Shown here in pieces: positions 26,157-33,014 of a stretch of 33,014 nucleotides of DNA. The stretch's first letter is position 1, and each line of letters opens with the position of its first letter. A model generated the notes under the pieces. The model was not told the origin of the DNA. It saw nothing but the letters and a program-made list of their open reading frames with translations, and did no database searches. The stretch comes from a virus. Its lineage: Duplodnaviria > Heunggongvirae > Uroviricota > Caudoviricetes. Location: the IMG/VR virus record IMGVR_UViG_2713896896_000010, positions 1-33,014 of that record; one strand, given 5' to 3'. The position numbers and the translations under genes are program-made.

Positions 26157-27505
26157 TGGGCTGGGCTGAAAATCTGCAAAACGCTTCCTTTCGCGGCGTG
26201 CAGTTTGATGTGCTTAACACGGATGAACAAATCAGCCGCGACCATGCGGTCTATGAATACCCGTTTGTTGACGGGGCAGATTTGCACGACCTCGGACGCA
26301 AGGCGCGACCGTTCCGCATGACGGCGTTCCTGTGGGGGGAGTATTACGAATACAAACTCGAAAAGCTGACCGCCGCCCTGGACGAAGGCGGCGATGGTGA
26401 GCTGATTCACCCGATTTATGGCTCCGTACCGTCGGTGATTGTAACCGGCTACAGCATCCGCCATGACGCAGAAAGCCCGGACAGCTGCACTATTGACATG
26501 AGTTTTCTGGAGAACCGCACCGACAGTGCGCTGTTCAGCACCCCGTTACCGGAGTTGTTTGCACAGCAGCTGTTTGAAGAACTGGATAAGTTACTGGCAC
26601 AGTTAAGCGAGTTTTTTGAAGCTGTTACGGCCCCTTTAAAGACCATTAACAGCGTAATAAAAAAAATCCAGACAGTGCGCGCCACACTGGTGAATACCCT
26701 GCTGACGTTCAAAAGCGATTTTATCACCTCTGTCGATAATATGATGTCACTGGTCAGCGAGCCCGGAAAGTTTATCGGTGGACTGGCAGAGGTGCTGGAA
26801 ATCCACACGTCAGATGTCGGGCACGCGGTGCCGGTTCTGGCGCGTACTGATTCCGCCACCACGACCGGACTGACCGGAGAGGACAGCGTCGCCAGTTCTG
26901 CGACCGTGATGACCTGCTGGAATAAGGTGATGGCAGATATGGATGAACTGGTCGCGCTGCCGGTCGCACTGGTCAGCGGTGATAAAACGCCGTCTGTGGC
27001 ACTTCCGCCGGATGCTTCCGTGGAAGACGTGCAGGACGTGAAAGCGGCTTATGCGGTTCTGGCAGCTTCCGAACTGGCCAGCGTGGCAACGGCAGTACTG
27101 TCCGATGGAGCCCAGTCAGAACAGCTTATACCGGCGGATATCGGGCGACTGGTCGGGGATGTGCGCACCCGCTTACAGGCAGCCATCACGCTGTTCCGTG
27201 AACGCTATGAAGGCGAACGCGAACGGATAACTGAAACCGCATCACCGCTGGGACTGATGTACCCGGAAATCATTCAGAGCATAAAGAACGTGGCGGCATC
27301 CGTGCAGGATATCGGCCTGCTGGTGCTTTCACGCCGCCCACCGCTGACGCAGAAACAGGTGCAGGCGGACAGCTGTCTGCTGTTGCTGGCGTGGCAGTGG
27401 TACGGCGATTACAGCCGTGCGGCAGAGCTGCAACGCCTGAACCCGCAACTGCGTGACCCGAACAATATAACCGCCGGGATGGTGATTAATGCCTGGACAA
27501 AATAA
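26156..27505 (+). CDS. DNA circulation protein (Mu N/gp43-like)
   Basis: 449 aa in the Mu N position after the tape measure gene. Confidence 0.65.
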   Translation: MGWAENLQNASFRGVQFDVLNTDEQISRDHAVYEYPFVDGADLHDLGRKARPFRMTAFLWGEYYEYKLEKLTAALDEGGDGELIHPIYGSVPSVIVTGYSIRHDAESPDSCTIDMSFLENRTDSALFSTPLPELFAQQLFEELDKLLAQLSEFFEAVTAPLKTINSVIKKIQTVRATLVNTLLTFKSDFITSVDNMMSLVSEPGKFIGGLAEVLEIHTSDVGHAVPVLARTDSATTTGLTGEDSVASSATVMTCWNKVMADMDELVALPVALVSGDKTPSVALPPDASVEDVQDVKAAYAVLAASELASVATAVLSDGAQSEQLIPADIGRLVGDVRTRLQAAITLFRERYEGERERITETASPLGLMYPEIIQSIKNVAASVQDIGLLVLSRRPPLTQKQVQADSCLLLLAWQWYGDYSRAAELQRLNPQLRDPNNITAGMVINAWTK

Positions 27506-28700
27506 CGAAGACAAAATCAGCCTGGTCATTGCCGGAAGGTCGCATTCTGACTGGAGCAGTTATCGTATTGACAGCGATTTCCTGAAAGCCGCCGACGGCT
27601 GGCAGCTTCAGCTGGGGCTGCCTGAAAAGGTGTTCCCGGCGGATATCGTCCGGGGCGCGCCAGTCCGGTTGCAGGTGGGAGACGAAACGGTGCTCAGTGG
27701 TCGCGTGGACAGCGTGCGCCGCAGTGTATCCCGTCAGAGCTGCACGCTGACGCTGTCCGGGCGTGATGATGCCGCCATTCTGGTGGACTGTGCCGCACCG
27801 GTGTTCAGCGCCAACCAGCTGACACTGGACGAGGTCATCGACAGGATAGTCAGACCGCTGGGGATACAGCGCATCCGTATTCAGGCATCCGGTGTGTCAC
27901 GTAATGACAAGGTCGTTATAGAGCCGGGAATGCGTGCGTGGGATGCACTGGCTAAAGCTGCCGCCGGTCGCGGCTTATGGCCGTGGTTTGAGCCTGACGG
28001 GACGCTGGTTGTGGGTGGCCCTGACTACACCACCACGCCGGTGGATACGCTGATTCTGAAGCTGGACGGCACCGGGAACAACGTGATGGAGCTGGACGAC
28101 ACCCGGTCCATTAACGGCTGCTTCTCCGAACTGACTGTACTGGCCCAGAGCCACGCCCGCCGCGCAGACAGCAAAAAACAGGTGGCCACAGTGCCTCTGG
28201 ATATCTGGAACGAGGACGGCAGCGTGCGCACATTATCCGGGCGGGACGGTGGTAATACGGACAGTGGTCAGACAGGCATTCATAACATGAAAGCCGTGGC
28301 CACCGACCCCACCGTGGATTATTACCGCCCGCAGATTATTACCCAGGGCGACACCAGCAACATGGAACAGGTGAACTGGCGCGCCAAAAAAATGATGAGT
28401 GATGCCCGCCTGTCCGGGCTGGATATCGTCGCACTGGTTGCAGGTCATCGCACGGCGGACGGTGTCCTGTGGCAGCCCGGACAGCGTGTGCGGATTGTCA
28501 GCGAACCCCACGGCATTGATGCCATCTTTTTCCTGATGGGGCGTGAGTTCAGCGGAGGCCGCAACGGGCAGACAACCCGGCTCCGTTTTAAGGAGGACGG
28601 CGTGTGGATACCTGATGCCTTCCCGCGCGAGAAGAAACGCCATCACCGCAGGGGCAAAAAGAAAAAAGAGGTCGCCATTGTTAAGGTCTGGGAGAAATGA
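27489..28700 (+). CDS. Baseplate/tail protein (Mu P/gp44-like)
   Basis: 403 aa. Position and size match Mu P. Confidence 0.7.
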   Translation: MPGQNNEDKISLVIAGRSHSDWSSYRIDSDFLKAADGWQLQLGLPEKVFPADIVRGAPVRLQVGDETVLSGRVDSVRRSVSRQSCTLTLSGRDDAAILVDCAAPVFSANQLTLDEVIDRIVRPLGIQRIRIQASGVSRNDKVVIEPGMRAWDALAKAAAGRGLWPWFEPDGTLVVGGPDYTTTPVDTLILKLDGTGNNVMELDDTRSINGCFSELTVLAQSHARRADSKKQVATVPLDIWNEDGSVRTLSGRDGGNTDSGQTGIHNMKAVATDPTVDYYRPQIITQGDTSNMEQVNWRAKKMMSDARLSGLDIVALVAGHRTADGVLWQPGQRVRIVSEPHGIDAIFFLMGREFSGGRNGQTTRLRFKEDGVWIPDAFPREKKRHHRRGKKKKEVAIVKVWEK

Positions 28701-29350
28701 TGTGGGACAAAGTTAATCAGCGCGTACAGCAGGCACTGGCCGCCGTTCGTCAGGCATTCAGGGTGGTGACCGGTACGGTAGACAGTTCGACCAAAGTACA
28801 GTTGCTTCAGCTTAACGGGCTGGCCGGCGAACAGCTGGACGGTGCGGAGTATTTTCAGCATTACGGCCTCACCACATCCCCGCCGCCCGGCTCAATGGGT
28901 ATTGCCGTTCCGCTGAATGGTAATACCTCCCATACCGTCGTCGTGGCCACAGAGCACGGCGCATATCGCCTGACGGAACTGAAGCCCGGCGAGGTGGCCC
29001 TGTATACCGACGAAGGCGCAAAAATCGTACTGAAGCGCGGGCGGGTTATTGAGCATGAATGTGATGTTTATCGCGTGAAATGCAAATGCTATGAGGTTGA
29101 GGCAGAGGAGAACGCCGCATTCACGACACCGTTACTGACGGCCAGCGATAAGCTGACGGTGGAAGGTAAAATCACCGGCAACGGTGGCATGGCCATCCGC
29201 GGAGGCAAGGAATACGCCGCCACTTTTGAAGGCAACATCAACCATGTGGGTGGTGTGCTTACCTCCGTTGACGTCACCATTAATGGCGTTAAAATCGGAA
29301 CACACAAACACGATACCCCTCACGGCATATCCGGCCTGCCGCATAATTAA
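28697..29350 (+). CDS. Baseplate spike/assembly protein (gpV-like, Mu gp45-like)
   Basis: 217 aa. N-terminal region typical of gpV-type spike proteins as I recall them. Confidence 0.65.
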   Translation: MMWDKVNQRVQQALAAVRQAFRVVTGTVDSSTKVQLLQLNGLAGEQLDGAEYFQHYGLTTSPPPGSMGIAVPLNGNTSHTVVVATEHGAYRLTELKPGEVALYTDEGAKIVLKRGRVIEHECDVYRVKCKCYEVEAEENAAFTTPLLTASDKLTVEGKITGNGGMAIRGGKEYAATFEGNINHVGGVLTSVDVTINGVKIGTHKHDTPHGISGLPHN

Positions 29351-29375
29351 GTGCTGAACACCCTCACCTGATTCT
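29349..29375 (+). promoter_or_regulatory. Conserved motif copy C (core GTGCTGAACACCCTC)
   Basis: 15-nt exact match to copy B. Lies in the 53-bp gap between the spike gene and the next baseplate gene. Confidence 0.3.
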
Positions 29376-29403
29376 GACCTGTCCATGCTGCCAGACTGGC
29401 GGC

Positions 29404-29754
29404 ATGGACCAGACGATTTCACCTGCAACCGGCGACTACGAACGCCGCCGGATTTACACACTCCATAACGCGGTTTATCTGCGACTGGCGACACCGCTTG
29501 GCAGTTACTGGGCGGATGCGTCGCTGGGGTCACGCCTGCACGAGCTGAAGCGGGAAAAAGACGTTCCCCGTGTTCACAGACTGGCGGCGCAGTATGCCAG
29601 CCAGGCACTTCAGCCACTGCTCGATGACGGGCGGGCAAAAGCCATTACCGTTGACACAAAACCGGGCCAGCGCGGCTGGCTGTTGCTGTTAATCACCGTC
29701 ACGGATAACGCGGGCACACCGCAGACGTTTGAACACCCTGTGAGGATTATGTAA
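29404..29754 (+). CDS. Baseplate protein (Mu gp46-like, gp25/W-like)
   Basis: 116 aa. Size and position fit the gp25/W-type baseplate wedge protein. Confidence 0.55.
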   Translation: MDQTISPATGDYERRRIYTLHNAVYLRLATPLGSYWADASLGSRLHELKREKDVPRVHRLAAQYASQALQPLLDDGRAKAITVDTKPGQRGWLLLLITVTDNAGTPQTFEHPVRIM

Positions 29755-30833
29755 TGCCGTTTCCTGTTCCGGGCGTTGCTGAAAACACAGAACGCCAGCT
29801 ACGTGATATCGCTAACGCCCTGCCGGGTGAAACCATCGACACCGGCGCAGACAGTGATTACCGCATTCGTGCAAATGCAGTATCCGGCGTGGCTGACGGG
29901 CTTTATATGCATCAGGGCTGGATACTCCGACAGGTGTTTCCTGACACGGCAGCCCCTGAATATCTGGAGCTGCACTGTCGCACGCGCAATGTTTTTCGTA
30001 AAAAAGCAACGGCCTCATCCGGTCCGGCGGTGATTACCGGCACACCAGGTAAGACACTGCCAGCTGGTGCAGAAATTCGTGGTGAAGGTGTCAGTGTGAC
30101 CACCACAGCAGACTGCATCGTCGGTGATGAAGGCAACGCAGAGGTGACGGTAAAAAGTACCACCACAGGAGCACGGACGAACGCATCCGCAACGCAGACG
30201 GCGACACTGGTCAGCCCGCCGGAAGGCATCAACAGCACGGCGACGATTAAATTCCTGACCGGTGGAACGGACAACGAGAGCGACGCTGATCTGCTGGTGC
30301 GTTATCTGGATATTCTGCGCAGGCCTCCTGCTGGCGGTAACAAATATGATTACAAACGCTGGGCGCTGGAAGTTGATGGTGTTACCTCTGCGTACGTAGA
30401 GCCGTTACGTCGTGGCCCCGGCACGGTTGATGTGGTTATCACTTCTGCAAATGATTTACCGTCACAGGAGCTGATTAACGCGGTTATGGCCCATATCAAT
30501 GATGTCCGCCCGGTAACGGCGAAGGATACAATGGTACTGGCACCAACGAAAAAAAACGTTGACTTTGTTGTCAGGATAAAAACCAGTGGCCTTACTGTTG
30601 AACAGATAAAACCACAGATAACTGAAGTTATCACGGATTTTATGAACCGACTGGAGCCGGGGCAGGAATTAATTATTTCACAACTGGAAACTCAGATTTC
30701 ATTAATTTCTGGCGTCAGTGATCGGCGGGTTATTATGCCGTCAGATAATGTAAAAGCAGTTGTCAATGAATCCACATGGGAGTGGCTGCGTCCGGGGAGT
30801 ATTGATATCCAGCCATTTCCCCGGGAGAGTTAA
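29754..30833 (+). CDS. Baseplate J-like protein (Mu gp47-like)
   Basis: 359 aa in the baseplate module. The C-terminal third is visibly AT-richer by eye. Confidence 0.75.
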   Translation: MPFPVPGVAENTERQLRDIANALPGETIDTGADSDYRIRANAVSGVADGLYMHQGWILRQVFPDTAAPEYLELHCRTRNVFRKKATASSGPAVITGTPGKTLPAGAEIRGEGVSVTTTADCIVGDEGNAEVTVKSTTTGARTNASATQTATLVSPPEGINSTATIKFLTGGTDNESDADLLVRYLDILRRPPAGGNKYDYKRWALEVDGVTSAYVEPLRRGPGTVDVVITSANDLPSQELINAVMAHINDVRPVTAKDTMVLAPTKKNVDFVVRIKTSGLTVEQIKPQITEVITDFMNRLEPGQELIISQLETQISLISGVSDRRVIMPSDNVKAVVNESTWEWLRPGSIDIQPFPRES

Positions 30834-30836
30834 TAC

Positions 30837-31409
30837 ATGAATACGGTTGATTTATTTCGTGCCATGTTACCGCCGGTCAGCTATGACCCGAACGGGAAAT
30901 ATATTTCAGCAGAGCTGAACGCAGAAGCAGCCATTATGGATGAAGTAAAAGCGTCAGCTGCACGAGTGCTTGCATCTGTCACACCATTTTATGCATCCAT
31001 GACGCTGTCTGACTGGGAACGAGTATATGGAGTAATACCCCGCGACGGTGCCACACAGCAGGAACGCCGAGAAAATATTCTTATAAAGATGGCTGCAACT
31101 GGTGGGTTATCCATCCCTTATTTTAAACAACTTGCAGCCAGCCTCGGATACACCATAACAATTACTGAACTTCATCCATTCAGAACGGGGGTAAACCGAT
31201 GTGGTGATCGCCTCTATATAACAGATGCCCGCTGGATTTGGCAGGTTAATGTCACAGGAAGCAGAACGCCAGCTTATAGATTCAGAACCGGAGTATCTGC
31301 AACCGGGGAACCGTTACTTTCCTTTGGTGCTCCTGTTCTGGAAGAAACATTTAAAGATCTTAAACCCGCTTTTACTTATTGCTATTTCACATATAAGGAG
31401 AAGCAGTAA
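30837..31409 (+). CDS. Tail protein, DUF2313/YmfQ-like (Mu gp48-like)
   Basis: 190 aa, between the J-like and tail-fibre genes, as in Mu and e14. Confidence 0.65.
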   Translation: MNTVDLFRAMLPPVSYDPNGKYISAELNAEAAIMDEVKASAARVLASVTPFYASMTLSDWERVYGVIPRDGATQQERRENILIKMAATGGLSIPYFKQLAASLGYTITITELHPFRTGVNRCGDRLYITDARWIWQVNVTGSRTPAYRFRTGVSATGEPLLSFGAPVLEETFKDLKPAFTYCYFTYKEKQ

Positions 31410-31723
31410 TGCAAAACCTGATGCCCCAGATAAATACACCAGACAAATTGTTCCATGATGGTGACCCAACTCAGGGGATAGAAGGAACCATCGTGACAGC
31501 TGATTATATGAATAATCAGCAGGGAGCAACCCGTGATTTGCAGCAGGAACTCCTTAATGTTCTAAGTAGTGCGCATATTCAACCTGATCCAAAAAAAACG
31601 GATCAACTACTTACTGCACTTTGTGCGCTACTGTTAAGCCGTAAGAATCCGTTTGGCGACATCAAATCAGATGGCACGGTGAAAACGGCTCTCGAAAGTA
31701 CCGGATATGAACAGCTTTGGTAA
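31409..31723 (+). CDS. Tail fibre, N-terminal constant part
   Basis: 104 aa. The pattern ...[25 protein letters not shown] resembles conserved tail-fibre N-terminal domains. Ends in a stop 17 nt after the next ORF begins. Confidence 0.55.
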   Translation: MQNLMPQINTPDKLFHDGDPTQGIEGTIVTADYMNNQQGATRDLQQELLNVLSSAHIQPDPKKTDQLLTALCALLLSRKNPFGDIKSDGTVKTALESTGYEQLW

Positions 31724-32006
31724 CTCATTGACCGCCAATGGATACCAGAAATTACCTGGGGGGATGATTATTCAATGGGGGAATTTTTCTGTCTCACCAA
31801 CCGGAGGAAGTGTTGGAACAGTTGATATAACATTACCTGTAGCTTTCCCAGCGGCTTGTCGTTCGGTAAATGCTCTTATTTCAACTAATGATCCTTCTGC
31901 CCGTTCTGTGGGCTTTGATATTGGAAGTACCAACAGAACTAAAATCAGATTTACTTACACTTCTGCTACAATAAATTCAATTTACTGGATGGCTGTAGGG
32001 TATTAA
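31707..32006 (+). CDS. Tail fibre, C-terminal variable (receptor-binding) part in a different frame
   Basis: 99 aa. [15 protein letters not shown] looks like the start of a tail-fibre C-terminal domain. No obvious Shine-Dalgarno before its ATG. Confidence 0.5.
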   Translation: MNSFGNSLTANGYQKLPGGMIIQWGNFSVSPTGGSVGTVDITLPVAFPAACRSVNALISTNDPSARSVGFDIGSTNRTKIRFTYTSATINSIYWMAVGY

Positions 32007-32008
32007 CT

Positions 32009-32440
32009 ATGGAAAAGACATATTATTTTAATCCCTCTGATTCGGGGTTTTATATTTCACCAGATAGCCAAACCATTCCTGAGAACGCTACGAAAATAAA
32101 CTTTACTATTTATTCTGAGTTCGCAGGAGTTGCATGGCCTGATGGTAAAATACTTGGTTCAGATAAAAATGGTTTTCCAATATGGCAGGATGCGCCACCA
32201 CTTACCAGCGAAGAATTAATCACAATCGCTGAATCAAATAAACAGCGATTAGTTAATCAGGCCAACGAATACATGAACAGTAAGCAATGGCCCGGTAAAG
32301 CCGCTATTGGCCGTCTGAAAGGCGAGGAACTGGCGCAATATAATCTGTGGCTGGATTATCTGGACGCACTGGAACTGATTGATACCTCCAGTGATCCAGA
32401 TATTGAATGGCCTACGCCTCCGGCAGTTCAGGCCAGATGA
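32009..32440 (+). CDS. Tail fibre assembly protein (Tfa)
   Basis: 143 aa. C-terminal LWLDYLDALELIDTSSDPDIEWPTPP is typical of Tfa chaperones. Confidence 0.7.
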   Translation: MEKTYYFNPSDSGFYISPDSQTIPENATKINFTIYSEFAGVAWPDGKILGSDKNGFPIWQDAPPLTSEELITIAESNKQRLVNQANEYMNSKQWPGKAAIGRLKGEELAQYNLWLDYLDALELIDTSSDPDIEWPTPPAVQAR

Positions 32441-33014
32441 CATCCGGCGCGGTGCTGGTATCTGTTGCCGTCACCGCGTCAATGTAATCCAGCACAGCGT
32501 TAAGTCTGGTTGTTTCTGCCTGCGTCAGTTTACGTCCGGCCTGCAATTTCAGTTGAATCAGACTGGTGGAAGCCATTGCAGTATCAATCAGCGACTGGCG
32601 CTGTACTTCTGCTGCATCTACTGCGGCGCTGTGCTGTGCCTCGGTATCCGTCACCCATTTCTCACCATCCCATTTATCGTATGACGTTAACGGAGCGAGA
32701 GTGGTTGTATTTTCAGGATAATCTCCCGGTACTGTAATTTCTTTTGCTTCTCCTGTTTCAGTGTTATAGACCGTTTCACCGCGATGGTCTGGCACGTACT
32801 CCCATGAGTTTAAATCTGCTGAACGGCAGATAGCATAACCAGCTTTATGTGTGCCAGGTGCATCTAAACAGGAATACGCCGGAATACCAACACCTACAGC
32901 AAGAAATTCGGTTGATGCAGAAATATATTCCCTTGTCTCACTGTTATAGTTGTAAACGATAATGTTTCCTTCCTGTACGGCAATAAGCTCATTGTTTAAT
33001 ATCGCGTTATTCAT
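32412..33014 (-). CDS. Alternative tail fibre assembly protein (Tfa'), convergent
   Basis: 200 aa on the minus strand. C-terminal LNAVLDYIDAVTATDTSTAPDVIWPELP parallels the + strand Tfa. Its ATG is the last three bases of the window, so anything upstream is unseen. Confidence 0.7.
   Translation of the reverse strand: MNNAILNNELIAVQEGNIIVYNYNSETREYISASTEFLAVGVGIPAYSCLDAPGTHKAGYAICRSADLNSWEYVPDHRGETVYNTETGEAKEITVPGDYPENTTTLAPLTSYDKWDGEKWVTDTEAQHSAAVDAAEVQRQSLIDTAMASTSLIQLKLQAGRKLTQAETTRLNAVLDYIDAVTATDTSTAPDVIWPELPEA

Noticed and set aside
1-33014. CRISPR arrays, tRNA or rRNA genes, integrase or attachment sites
   Set aside because: No regularly spaced direct repeats or RNA-gene-like regions were seen; coding density is very high. 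Mu-type phages transpose rather than integrate site-specifically, and the prophage ends lie outside the window.

Overview
This window is a near-complete Mu-like transposable prophage, read left to right on the + strand. It runs from a Ner-like regulator and MuA/MuB transposition genes, through an early accessory block of small ORFs with no recognisable function, GemA-like and Mor/C-family regulators, a lysis cassette, terminase, portal and head genes, and a contractile tail module (sheath, tube, chaperone, tape measure, baseplate). It ends inside what looks like an e14/Pin- or Mu G-type invertible tail-fibre segment with convergent tail-fibre-assembly genes. All family assignments are from motif recognition by eye; no searches were run. 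The only convincing minus-strand gene is the last one. No rRNA, tRNA or CRISPR array was seen. The most notable observations are: (1) a conserved roughly 27-bp motif present three times, upstream of the lysis genes, the protease/scaffold gene and a baseplate gene; (2) an AT-rich cargo gene for a secreted protein with its own terminator, inserted between gemA-like and mor-like; (3) a 28-bp perfect palindrome plus an extra half-site in the early region; (4) a tail-fibre gene split into two frames by an apparent 37-nt insertion flanked by a GGATA direct repeat; (5) an orphan DNA methyltransferase wedged between the terminase subunit genes; (6) the early accessory block itself. I could not identify a known defence or anti-defence system by sequence; the candidates above are where I would look.
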